From positions 1 through 18,058 of the forward strand of contig JBKPAK010000223.1 in NCBI GenBank assembly GCA_046726415.1: a stretch of DNA of 18,058 nt, in the 5' to 3' direction. Under the pieces are notes generated by a model. That model searched no databases. It had not been told where the DNA came from and was given only the letters and a program-made list of their open reading frames with translations. The translations under genes and the position numbers were made by a program. Position 1 is the stretch's first letter; each line of letters opens with the position of its first letter. Shown here in pieces: positions 1-8,373 of the stretch. Origin of the DNA: Candidatus Methylomirabilota bacterium (GTDB lineage: Bacteria; Methylomirabilota; Methylomirabilia; Rokubacteriales; CSP1-6).

Positions 1-175
1 CTACGACAAGATGGCCAAGGAGTTGGGCGCTCACGGCGAGTTCGTCGAGAAGCCGCACGAGATCCGGCCGGCCCTCGAGCGCGCCTGGGCGTCGGGCAAA
101 CCGTCCGTGGTCAACGTCATCACGGACTACACCGCGCGCGCCACGACGGTGCGCTTCTCGGCCTATACGACGTAA
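1..175 (+). CDS. 3' end of a thiamine diphosphate-dependent enzyme (acetolactate synthase / oxalyl-CoA decarboxylase-like), truncated by the window edge
   Basis: Frame from nt 2 reads [42 protein letters not shown]...YTT, with stop TAA at 173-175. This matches the typical C-terminal pattern of TPP enzymes (Y.KMA..LG..G..V....E...AL.RA..SGKP.VVNV). Confidence 0.8.
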   Translation, partial: YDKMAKELGAHGEFVEKPHEIRPALERAWASGKPSVVNVITDYTARATTVRFSAYTT

Positions 176-187
176 CGACGTAACATA

Positions 188-285
188 GTCGGGGGGAACG
201 AGCGCCGTTCCCCCCGACACCCCTGCCGCTCCCTGAGCGACGGCGGGGGAAGCGTTGGCTCCGTCTCCACCAGGCCAGCGGTTCC
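188..285. repeat. Cluster of three GC-rich inverted repeats (REP-like element or bidirectional terminator) between convergent genes
   Basis: Perfect 13-bp stem GTCGGGGGGAACG (188-200) / CGTTCCCCCCGAC (206-218). Second stem CCCCTGCCG (220-228) / CGGCGGGGG (241-249). Third, imperfect stem GGAAGCGTTGGC (248-259) / GCCAGCGGTTCC (274-285). Confidence 0.55.
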
Positions 286-465
286 ATGCCTCAGGCCGCT
301 CCGCCTTCGCCTCCCGCGTTCTCGCACTTCGCCCACGTCCAGAAAGCCGGCGGCCTCGTTCTCCGCGGGTATGAGACGTCGGGGCAGGCGCGGCGGTCGC
401 GGTCGCCCCGGTCGGCACCGGCCCGGAACCCACGAGCTCGACGCTCTAGAGTCTCGGAGCGCGGC

Positions 466-1422
466 TTACGAACCGCTGGAGTGGGAGAGCACCTTCCTGG
501 GGTCGAGGGCGTCGCGCAGACCGTCGCCGATGTAGTTAATCGACAGAACGGTCAGGAAGATCGCCGTGCCGGCGAAGACCGCCCAATGCGGGGCGAAATC
601 GAGGTTGTCCTTGGCGTCGAACAAGATCCGCCCCCACGTGGGGATATCGGGGGGAAAACCGAGTCCCAGAAACGACAGCGTCGATTCCTGGAGGATGGCC
701 GCCGCCACGTCGAGCGAGGCCGCCACGATGACGGGGCCGACGGCATTCGGCAAGATGTGGCGCACCACCTGACGCAGAGGCGGCGCGCCGAGCGCCTTGG
801 CGGCTTCGACGAACTCCTTTTCGCGCAGGGACAGAAACTGGGCGCGCACGAGACGCGCCACGGGCATCCATCTCAGGGCGCCGATGACGAAGACGATCAG
901 CGCGAAGATACCCGCCTCTGGTCCCAACGCCTTTTTCAGGGGGTCGCGAAACAGGTAGACGACGAGCAGCAGGAGGGGCAGCGCGGGCAGGGACAGGAAG
1001 AGGTCGGTAATGCGCATCAGTGTGTTGTCCACGGCGCCACCCACGTGACCGGCCACCGCGCCGATGAGGGTGCCGACACTGATGGCGATGAGCATGGCCG
1101 CCACTCCCACCGCGAGTGAGATCCGCCCTCCGTACAGCATTCGGGCCAGGAGGTCTTGACCGAGGTCGTCGGTCCCGAGGGGATGCGTCCACGACGGCCC
1201 CTTCAGCTTGGCCTTGAAGTCGATGGCATCAATGGGGACGCGGTAGACGAGAGGCCCCGCGAGCACGGCGGTGACCAGGGCGAACAGGATGACCGCTCCG
1301 CCGAGAGCCAGACGGTGCCGGCGAAAACGACGCCACGCCTCGTGCCAGAGCGTCTCGCTGCCGAGCGCCGCAGCCGCCGGGGTCGCCCCGATCATGGTGG
1401 CCACCCGCGTGCCGGTGCTCAT
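466..1422 (-). CDS. Peptide/nickel (family 5) ABC transporter permease, OppC/DppC-like
   Basis: N-terminal WRRFRRHRLA segment, HPLGTDDLGQDLLARMLYGGRISL motif, EAA loop EFVEAAKALGA, and C-terminal NYIGDGLRDALDP. Confidence 0.93.
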   Translation of the reverse strand: MSTGTRVATMIGATPAAAALGSETLWHEAWRRFRRHRLALGGAVILFALVTAVLAGPLVYRVPIDAIDFKAKLKGPSWTHPLGTDDLGQDLLARMLYGGRISLAVGVAAMLIAISVGTLIGAVAGHVGGAVDNTLMRITDLFLSLPALPLLLLVVYLFRDPLKKALGPEAGIFALIVFVIGALRWMPVARLVRAQFLSLREKEFVEAAKALGAPPLRQVVRHILPNAVGPVIVAASLDVAAAILQESTLSFLGLGFPPDIPTWGRILFDAKDNLDFAPHWAVFAGTAIFLTVLSINYIGDGLRDALDPRKVLSHSSGS

Positions 1423-1447
1423 CGCGTCGAGGATCCCCTGCCGGGTC

Positions 1448-2407
1448 TCATCGGTACGAGATCCGAGGGTCGAGCCAGCCGTAGAGCAGGTCCGCGACGA
1501 GGTTGAAGAGGACGACCAGCGCCGAGAAGACGAACGTGATGGCCATGATGACGGGGGTGTCGTTGGCCAGGATGGAGGCGATGAGCAGGGAGCCGATGCC
1601 CGGGACCCGGAAGATCTGCTCGGTCACGATGCCGCCCGTGAAGATCAGGGGGATCTGCAACGCCACCAGGGTCACCACCGGGATGAGGGCGTTGCGCACC
1701 ACGTGCTTCACGATGGTCACGCGCTCGGACAGACCCTTGGCCCGAGCCGTGTTGATGTAGTCGAGGCGGATCACATCGAGCACGGAGGAGCGCACGAAGC
1801 GGGTGAGAGAGGCAGCCTGGAAGAGGCCAAGTACGCTGATCGGCATGATGCTCTGCCGGACCTGGTCGCGCAGCCAGCCGAGCCCCGACGAGCTGAGGTC
1901 GGCCCGGTAGATAAAGGGCAGCCAGTCCAGGTAGATGCTGAAGAACAAGATGAAGAGGAGTCCGGTGAAGAACGTGGGAAGCGAGAACCACACGAAGGCC
2001 AACGTGGTGGACAGCTGGTCGAACAGCGAGTACGGCCGCATGGCCGAATACGTTCCGATGGGCAGCGCGATCAGGATGGCCAGGGTCTGTGCCGTGCCCA
2101 GGACGAACAGGGTGGTGGGCAGGCGTTGCAGGATGAGCGCGTCCACGTTCACGCGGCTCACGAAGGAGAATCCCCAGTCCCCGCGGAGCATCGCCGCGAA
2201 CCAGCGGATGTAGCGCAGGAAGACGGGGTCGTCGAGTCCGTACTGCGCGCGCAGGTTGGCTCGCACCTCGGCGGGCACGTTGGGATTGGTGGCCAGTTCC
2301 TCGAACGGATCCCCAGGGGCCAGGGCCAGGATGGTGAAAAGCACGAGGCTGATCCCCAGGAGCACGGGAATCGAAATCAGCAGCCGCCGCAGGAAGTACT
2401 TGGACAT
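1448..2407 (-). CDS. Peptide/nickel (family 5) ABC transporter permease, OppB/DppB-like
   Basis: MSKYFLRRLL start, YGLDDP and GDWGFSF motifs, EAA loop DYINTARAKGLSE, and C-terminal NLVADLLYGWLDPRI. Confidence 0.93.
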   Translation of the reverse strand: MSKYFLRRLLISIPVLLGISLVLFTILALAPGDPFEELATNPNVPAEVRANLRAQYGLDDPVFLRYIRWFAAMLRGDWGFSFVSRVNVDALILQRLPTTLFVLGTAQTLAILIALPIGTYSAMRPYSLFDQLSTTLAFVWFSLPTFFTGLLFILFFSIYLDWLPFIYRADLSSSGLGWLRDQVRQSIMPISVLGLFQAASLTRFVRSSVLDVIRLDYINTARAKGLSERVTIVKHVVRNALIPVVTLVALQIPLIFTGGIVTEQIFRVPGIGSLLIASILANDTPVIMAITFVFSALVVLFNLVADLLYGWLDPRISYR

Positions 2408-2419
2408 CGGGGGTCAGGA

Positions 2420-2445
2420 GCGGCCGGGCGTCTTCGCCCGGCTGC
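2420..2445 (-). terminator. Intercistronic stem-loop between the binding-protein gene and the first permease gene (mRNA stabiliser or partial terminator)
   Basis: GCGGCCGGGCG-TCTT-CGCCCGGCTGC stem-loop just downstream of the binding-protein stop codon, with no U-tract. Confidence 0.45.
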
Positions 2446-2457
2446 CCGCCGCCACGT

Positions 2458-4254
2458 CTAGGTCTCGCGGTGCCAGTTCGCGAGGTTCCAGAGGTTCGAG
2501 TCCCAGCCCGAGATCTCCGTGCCCCTGAGCTTGTTGGACACTGCGGAGATCACGCTCCGCCACAGGACTGGGATGACCACCACGTTCTGGATGACCAGGT
2601 CGTTCATCCGGATGTAGAGGGCCGCGCGCTTGACGGGATCCAGCTCCGTCTCGGCGGCTCTCCACAGCTTGTCGTACTCGTCGTTGCGCCAGCGCGTGAT
2701 GTTGCGGCCCTGCCACTTGTTGTCCTTGCTCGATGCCTCCCACGAGGTGAACTGTTCCATGAACGCCTGGGGGTCGGGATAGCCCATGGTCGTCGTGTAC
2801 ATCTGAATGTCGGTATAGAAGTGGGCGTAGGTGTCGGGATTGGCCACGTCGGAGGAAAAGTACACCGAGGGTACGATCGACTTCAGCTCCAGATCGATCC
2901 CCACCTTGGCCGCCGCCTGCTTGACGATGGCTTGGGTCTTCTGGCGGGGAGCGTTGATGGCGGTCTGGTAGACCATCTTGAGCTTCTTGCCGTCCTTGGC
3001 CCGGATGCCGTCCGGGCCTCGCTTCCAGCCGGCGGCCTCGAGGATCTGGTTGGCCTTGTCGACGTTGAACTCCCACTTCATGTTCTTCGACTGGAAGCGC
3101 GATGGCGCGTTCAGGAAGTTGGCCGAAATCTGTCCGAGCCGCCCGTAGATTTGCTCCTGGATCGAGGCGCGGTCGACGAGCACATTGAGGGCCTGGCGGA
3201 CGGCGGGATCGATGAGAAAAGGATGCGTCGTCTTGAGACTCGATCGTTCCCCGTCGACCTCCTTCCACGGGTCGGTCTGGTTGCACTGGATGTGCTCGAT
3301 GTTGCCGGCCACTGCGATGTCGACGCGCCCACGGCCGCCCTGTTCCATGCGCCGGAGGATCTCGTCCTCGACCTGTAGGTTCCAGGCGAAATCGAACTCC
3401 CCGGTCTGGATGACGGCGCGGGCCGCAGAGACGGCGTCTCCGCCGCCCTTCATTTCGAGGGTGTCGAAGAAGGGGCGATTCGGCATGTGGTAGCTCGGGT
3501 TGATCTCGGCCCGGACGAGGTCGCCGGGCTTGAAATCGACGAACTTGTAGGGCCCGGTTCCTATGGGCTTCAGGTTCGTTGGCGCCTCCCGGGACTTTCC
3601 ACCCTTGTACGCCTCGAAGAGGTGCTTGGGGATGATCATCCCGCGGTTGCTACAGAAGGCTTCCTGCCAGAAAGGCAGCGGCTTCTTGAAGGCGACCTTC
3701 ACGGTGTGAGCGTCCACTTTCTCGATGCGCTCGATGTCCTTGTACGAGCCGATGGTGGTGGCCGCGGTGGCCGGATCTGCGGCGTACTCCCAGTTGAAGA
3801 CCACGTCGTCGGCGGTGAAGGGCTTCCCGTCGTGCCACGCGACGTTCTTCTTCAGGCGCCAGGTCACCGAGCGGCCGTCCTTGCTCAGTCCGCCGTTCTG
3901 GAGGCTCGGGAGTTCTGCGGCCAGGATGGGCACCAGATTCCCGTCCGGCTCGAAGGCGGCCAGCGGCTCGTAGAAGATGCGCGAGCCGTCCTGATCCTTG
4001 GTGCCCACCGCGAAGTGGGGATTGAGTAGGGTCGGCGATTGCCACCAGAGCGCCTTCAGCGCGCCGCCACCACCCCGTTTCGTTGGCGCGAAGGTCGCCT
4101 TGGGCTGGGCGTTCGCGATGCCCGCGGCGGCGAACATCTGGCCCACCATCGGAGCAGTCAGCCCCAGCGCCAGCATGGTCTCCACGAATGACCGGCGCGA
4201 CAGACGGCCGGCCTTGACCTCGTTCAGCAGTACTCTCAGGTCCTTCTCGTCCAT
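2458..4254 (-). CDS. Peptide ABC transporter substrate-binding protein (family 5) with a twin-arginine signal peptide
   Basis: Start moved to ATG 4254 (MDEKDLR...), which is preceded by GGAGG. Tat-like LSRRSFV, a hydrophobic stretch and ANA cleavage site. Family-5 motifs WHDGKPFTADDVVF and PIGTGPYKF. Confidence 0.92.
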   Translation of the reverse strand: MDEKDLRVLLNEVKAGRLSRRSFVETMLALGLTAPMVGQMFAAAGIANAQPKATFAPTKRGGGGALKALWWQSPTLLNPHFAVGTKDQDGSRIFYEPLAAFEPDGNLVPILAAELPSLQNGGLSKDGRSVTWRLKKNVAWHDGKPFTADDVVFNWEYAADPATAATTIGSYKDIERIEKVDAHTVKVAFKKPLPFWQEAFCSNRGMIIPKHLFEAYKGGKSREAPTNLKPIGTGPYKFVDFKPGDLVRAEINPSYHMPNRPFFDTLEMKGGGDAVSAARAVIQTGEFDFAWNLQVEDEILRRMEQGGRGRVDIAVAGNIEHIQCNQTDPWKEVDGERSSLKTTHPFLIDPAVRQALNVLVDRASIQEQIYGRLGQISANFLNAPSRFQSKNMKWEFNVDKANQILEAAGWKRGPDGIRAKDGKKLKMVYQTAINAPRQKTQAIVKQAAAKVGIDLELKSIVPSVYFSSDVANPDTYAHFYTDIQMYTTTMGYPDPQAFMEQFTSWEASSKDNKWQGRNITRWRNDEYDKLWRAAETELDPVKRAALYIRMNDLVIQNVVVIPVLWRSVISAVSNKLRGTEISGWDSNLWNLANWHRET

Positions 4255-4380
4255 CGGAAGCCTCCGTTCTGGCATAGCCTGGGCTCCGCGCCACCACCTC
4301 GATGGCGAACGCAGGGCCGCCGCGGTCATGAGTCTCGGAAGTGCCTTCTTTCGAACTCGGCGCACGGCGCCGGGGATCCT

Positions 4381-4407
4381 CGCGGGCCGCCCGGAGGGGG
4401 GCTCGCG
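4381..4407 (-). terminator. GC-rich hairpin directly after pdxA
   Basis: CGCGGGCC...GGCTCGCG inverted repeat a few nt downstream of the pdxA stop codon, with no clear U-tract. Confidence 0.3.
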
Positions 4408-4413
4408 ATGCCG

Positions 4414-5442
4414 TCATCCGCGATGCTCCAGCATGCGGACGGCGACGTCGATGGCCTCCACCATGCTCTCCGCGTTGGCGATGCCCTTCCAGGCGCGATC
4501 GAAGGCGGTGCCGTGATCCACGGACACCCGGAGGAAGGGCAGGCCGACGGTGACGTTGACACCGGACAGGCCCGTCCACCGCCGGCTCTTCTCGTCATAG
4601 GAGAAGCCGAGCGTCTTCACGGGAATGTGCCCCTGATCGTGATACATGGCGACGACGATATCAAACTCGCCGCCGCGGGCGCGGGAGAAGAGGGTATCGG
4701 CGGGCAGGGGCCCGTGGACGTCTAGACCCTCGCCGCGAGCGGCTTCGATGGCCGGCGCGATCGCGGTTTTCTCCTCGTCGCCGAAGAGGCCGTCCTCCCC
4801 GGCGTGTGGATTGAGGCCACAGACGGCGATCCGCGGCCGCGGCTGGCCCAACCCCTCCATGGTCCGCTGGGCGAGCCGGATCGTCCGAAGCACTCGCTCG
4901 GGAGTGACCAGATCGGGCACGCGGCGCAGGCTCACGTGGGTGGTGACGTGGATGACGCGCAACTCTACGCCCATGAGCAGCATGGCGTAGTCGCGCGTAT
5001 TGGACACCGCCGCCAGGATCTCCGTATGCCCGGTATGGGGCATCCCGGCCGCGGCCAGGGCCTCCTTGTTGATGGGCGCCGTCACCATGCCGTCAATGGC
5101 CTTGGACATCGCGAGATCGATGGCGCGCAGGATGTACGCATGGGCCGCGCGGCCGGCGGCGGCACTGACTTCTCCCCGTGGCAAGGTCGCCGATTCGACG
5201 TTGGCCAGATCGAGGCACTCCAATGTGCTCTCCCCCCAACGACAATCGGCCACGTCGGTGACGGAGCGCAGGCGGAGGGGTGAGTCGACAAGCCGGAGCG
5301 CCTCGCGCATGACCGAAGCGTCCCCAATCACGACGGGGCGACAGGTCCGTTGGACCTCCGCGCCGGCTGCCGCCCGCGCGATGATCTCGGGGCCCACGCC
5401 TGCCGGGTCGCCCATGGTGATGCCCAGGATCGGTCTGTTCAT
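4414..5442 (-). CDS. pdxA: PdxA-family dehydrogenase (4-hydroxythreonine-4-phosphate or D-threonate-4-phosphate dehydrogenase, PdxA2-type by context)
   Basis: Motifs ITMGDPAGVGPEI, TAPINKEAL, GHTE, GLNPHAGE, AMYHDQGHIP and RVSVDHGTAFD. Overlaps the upstream DUF1537 kinase gene by 4 nt. Confidence 0.95.
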   Translation of the reverse strand: MNRPILGITMGDPAGVGPEIIARAAAGAEVQRTCRPVVIGDASVMREALRLVDSPLRLRSVTDVADCRWGESTLECLDLANVESATLPRGEVSAAAGRAAHAYILRAIDLAMSKAIDGMVTAPINKEALAAAGMPHTGHTEILAAVSNTRDYAMLLMGVELRVIHVTTHVSLRRVPDLVTPERVLRTIRLAQRTMEGLGQPRPRIAVCGLNPHAGEDGLFGDEEKTAIAPAIEAARGEGLDVHGPLPADTLFSRARGGEFDIVVAMYHDQGHIPVKTLGFSYDEKSRRWTGLSGVNVTVGLPFLRVSVDHGTAFDRAWKGIANAESMVEAIDVAVRMLEHRG

Positions 5443-6554
5443 CGGGTTGCCTCCGTAGCCAGCGATACGAAGAGATCATGGTCGCCGAAGCCTCCGGCCT
5501 TGGTCAGCACGGGCAGGGCGGCACGGCCGGGAATGCAAAAGTCGCCGAGGGCGAGGCCCGGGCGAGGGGCGCCGGCGAGGTCGATGCGTTCGGCCCCCAG
5601 GCTTTCGAAGAGCGCGACAGCGGTCTCGCCGCCAGTGGCCACCACGAAATCGACGCCACCGGCCTCAATGCGGCGCCGCGCTTCGGCCGCGAGATTTCTC
5701 GCCACCGCGGCGCGGTCGCCGCAATCCGCTTTCGGCGTGGTGATGACGGAGAGGCGGGCGGCGCGGGCGGCGGCCACCTGGCATCGGGTGACCGGGTGCC
5801 GGCTGCCCGCGACGATCAGGATACGTTGCGCGCGCGGCAGTGGTGCGCACGGCGCGAGTAGACCCCAACGGCGGGCGAGCGCGCCAGCCAGCCCGGCCGA
5901 TCCCACCAGGAGGGGAGCGGTCTCCGCAGTCAGGGCGGCATCCACGAGGGCGTCGAGATCGGCATCGGTCTCCGCCTCGGCCAGCACCACGGAGCCCGCC
6001 AGCCGCGCCAGCCGATCGCGCAGGGATTCCGGCTGCGCTCGCACGCCGTCGAGGGGAATCCAGGCGAGAGGGCGTGCGAATTGGGATCGGAGCAATTCGG
6101 TGACATCGGGCCCGCGCCGCCTCGTCAAGGGCGCCGTCGCCGGAAACTCTGGATCGCCGGCGACGGCCGTGGAGTTCACGGGCGTCCCGTGAACGGTGAG
6201 CACGCGATCCGCGACGACGCGACCCTGTGCCGGGAACGCCGGGCAGAGGAGCGCGGTGGAGAAACCACCGGCCGCCATGACGGCTTCGGTCTCGGCGCCG
6301 ATGCGCCCGCGGAGGGTGGAGTCGATCTTCTTGAAGACGTGGGCGGCGGCGACTCGCGCGGCAGCGGAGCGAACCCTGTCGGCGGCCTCACGGCCGTCGA
6401 GCGCGCGCGACTCCGTGTCGATCACTTGCACCGCGGCCGCCGAAATGGTGCGCGGCCAGATCGTGAATGGCACGGGTCCGGGCCCCGCGAACAGGGCGCC
6501 CGCGTCGCACCCGCCAGTGAGGTCATCGGCGATGATGGCGAGCGCGGTCCTCAC
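5439..6554 (-). CDS. Four-carbon acid sugar kinase, DUF1537 family (DtnK/OtnK-like)
   Basis: Motifs IIADDLTGGCD, DTESR, FKKIDSTLRG, PAFPAQGR, GSAGLA, TGGETA and TKAGGFG. Adjacent to pdxA, as is typical for this family. Confidence 0.92.
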   Translation of the reverse strand: MRTALAIIADDLTGGCDAGALFAGPGPVPFTIWPRTISAAAVQVIDTESRALDGREAADRVRSAAARVAAAHVFKKIDSTLRGRIGAETEAVMAAGGFSTALLCPAFPAQGRVVADRVLTVHGTPVNSTAVAGDPEFPATAPLTRRRGPDVTELLRSQFARPLAWIPLDGVRAQPESLRDRLARLAGSVVLAEAETDADLDALVDAALTAETAPLLVGSAGLAGALARRWGLLAPCAPLPRAQRILIVAGSRHPVTRCQVAAARAARLSVITTPKADCGDRAAVARNLAAEARRRIEAGGVDFVVATGGETAVALFESLGAERIDLAGAPRPGLALGDFCIPGRAALPVLTKAGGFGDHDLFVSLATEATR

Positions 6555-6880
6555 GGGGCAGGCAACTCACCAGTCGGCCTCACGACCTCCGGCGCGGCGC
6601 TTCGCTCGACGCGGACCACGATCCGGGCGAGGAGATTGTGCATATCGAGAAACACCAGGACGACCTGACCGAGAACGATGAACGGGACGCCAGCCAGGAC
6701 GCCCGAGGCGGCCAGGAAAAAGGCGACCAGCGTCACCTCGGCGACGGCGTGACCGGTGATGCTCCCCCAGGGCATGTCGATGACGAGCGCCACGGCAGCG
6801 AGAAAGACGCCACTGGCGGCCAGGGCCAGCCCGACGGCGACCAGGATGCGGGCCCAGAAACGGGTGAAACTGGGATTCAT
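6551..6880 (-). CDS. Small hypothetical membrane protein (109 aa, about 2 TM segments)
   Basis: ATG at 6880 gives MNPSFTRFWARILVAVGLALAASGVFLAAVALVI... with two long hydrophobic stretches. Its stop overlaps the kinase start (GTGA). The upstream extension in the ORF track is antisense to the redoxin gene. Confidence 0.7.
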   Translation of the reverse strand: MNPSFTRFWARILVAVGLALAASGVFLAAVALVIDMPWGSITGHAVAEVTLVAFFLAASGVLAGVPFIVLGQVVLVFLDMHNLLARIVVRVERSAAPEVVRPTGELPAP

Positions 6881-6894
6881 AGCGCCCCCGGGAG

Positions 6895-6942
6895 TTGACA
6901 GCGTCGCCACCGAATATAGTGGTAGTATTCCCGGTGTTTCAA
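6895..6942. promoter_or_regulatory. Compact divergent sigma70-type promoter region
   Basis: AT-rich island in a 64-bp gap. Plus strand has TTGACA (6895-6900) and an extended -10-like TGG-TAGTAT (6920-6928). Minus strand has TTGAAA (6942-6937)-18 nt-TATATT (6918-6913). Confidence 0.5.
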
Positions 6943-6944
6943 GG

Positions 6945-7619
6945 ATGCCTGAGATTCGCGTGGCACGCGCGCTCACCCTCGCCGCATCGCTCGCGCTGGC
7001 TGGCCTCGTCGTCGTGATCACCGCGTTGGTGGCGATGAGACCCGGCACCGCATCGCGGCCGGCGGCGCCGCCGGTCGCCCCGCCCGTGACGGTCGGGCCT
7101 CCTTCGACCGCGCCGGACCCCGGGGTCGTCGCGATGTCGGACCGGCGCCCGCTGAGTGTGGACGAGGCCATGCGAGAGCTCGACCTGATCAAGCCACCCC
7201 GGGCGCGGGGGGTCGAAGACTTCACGCTCCCCACGCCGGGCGGCGGGCAGTTCCGGCTGAGCGCGCATCGGGGCAAGGTCGTCTTCATCAACTTTTGGGC
7301 GACGTGGTGCCCGCCGTGTCGCGAGGAGATGCCGTCGATGGAGCGGCTCTACATGCGCTTGAGGGATCGCCGCTTTGCCATGGTGGCGGTGTCGCTCGAC
7401 GCGAGCTCGCCGGTCGTGACATCGTATCTCGCCGAGGGGCGCTTCACCTTTCCGGTAGCCCTCGATCCCAAGATGGATCTCGCCAACTCCTACGGGGTAC
7501 GGGCCCTGCCCGCCACCTTCATCGTGGACCCGCGTGGAGAGCTGGTGGCCATGGCCCTGGGCCCCCGCAGCTGGGATGGACCCGCCGCCATGGCGCTCAT
7601 GGAAGGCGTGGCTCGCTGA
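6945..7619 (+). CDS. Membrane-anchored TlpA/ResA-family thiol-disulfide oxidoreductase
   Basis: N-terminal TM helix, Pro-rich linker, GKVVFINFWATWCPPCREEMP active site, and cis-Pro motif GVRALPATFIVD. Start taken at ATG 6945 (GTG 6960 is possible). Confidence 0.92.
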   Translation: MPEIRVARALTLAASLALAGLVVVITALVAMRPGTASRPAAPPVAPPVTVGPPSTAPDPGVVAMSDRRPLSVDEAMRELDLIKPPRARGVEDFTLPTPGGGQFRLSAHRGKVVFINFWATWCPPCREEMPSMERLYMRLRDRRFAMVAVSLDASSPVVTSYLAEGRFTFPVALDPKMDLANSYGVRALPATFIVDPRGELVAMALGPRSWDGPAAMALMEGVAR

Positions 7620-7621
7620 CC

Positions 7622-8359
7622 ATGGGCGAGTCGGTCGGGGTGCTCGTCGCCCTCAGCGCGGGCCTCTTTTCCTTTCTCTCGCCCTGCGTGCTCCCGCTCT
7701 TTCCGTCGTATCTCTCGTTCATCACTGGCATGTCGGTTTCGGATATGGCGGGCGACCTGGCTCCCGCCGCTCGTCGCCGCATCCTGCTCAATGCGCTCAC
7801 CTTCGTGCTGGGCTTTTCCGTCATCTTCGTGGCGCTCGGAGCCTCCTTCAGCGCGGTGGGACAGGCGCTGCTCGACCATCGCGACTGGATTCGTCGGGTC
7901 GGCGGCGCCCTCATCGTCGTCTTCGGGCTGTACATTACGGGCCTGCTGAAAGTTGGGCTCTTTGGGCGCACGACGCAGTGGCAACTCAGTGAAAAGCCAG
8001 CCGGATACTTCGGCTCGTTCCTCGTCGGGGTGACGTTTGCCGTGGGATGGACGCCGTGCGTGGGACCAATCCTGGGAGGCATTTTGTCCCTGGCCAGCAC
8101 CACGGAGACCGTTCAGCGCGGCGTGGGACTCCTCGTCGCGTATTCGGCCGGTCTGGGCATCCCATTCCTGCTGTCCGCGCTGGCCCTCCAGTCGTTCCTG
8201 CGCTTCTTCAAGCGCTATCGGCCGTTCATCCCGGTGGTGGAGCGGGCTGCCGGCGTGATCATGATCGTCGTGGGCGTGCTCGTCTTCACCAACTATTACG
8301 TCGTCCTGAACGCCTGGGCGATCTCGCTCACGCCGGACTGGCTGCTGCGCCGTTTGTAG
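7622..8359 (+). CDS. ccdA: Cytochrome c biogenesis protein CcdA (DsbD transmembrane domain)
   Basis: Start ATG 7622, 2 nt after the redoxin stop. Motifs AGLFSFLSPCVLPL and GWTPCVGPILG, about 6 TM segments. Confidence 0.93.
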   Translation: MGESVGVLVALSAGLFSFLSPCVLPLFPSYLSFITGMSVSDMAGDLAPAARRRILLNALTFVLGFSVIFVALGASFSAVGQALLDHRDWIRRVGGALIVVFGLYITGLLKVGLFGRTTQWQLSEKPAGYFGSFLVGVTFAVGWTPCVGPILGGILSLASTTETVQRGVGLLVAYSAGLGIPFLLSALALQSFLRFFKRYRPFIPVVERAAGVIMIVVGVLVFTNYYVVLNAWAISLTPDWLLRRL

Positions 8360-8373
8360 CGCGCTGACCGCCC

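Noticed and set aside
4255-4365. N-terminal extension of the ABC binding protein in the ORF track (similar extensions appear at 6756, 7295 and 14844)
   Set aside because: Internal ATGs with a better RBS or coupling and family-typical N-termini are preferred: 4254, 6945, 7622 and 14601.
286-6898. Long plus-strand ORFs such as 286-1119, 1271-2461, 2470-3378 and 5350-6192
   Set aside because: Antisense shadows of well-supported minus-strand genes in GC-rich DNA, with no recognisable motifs.
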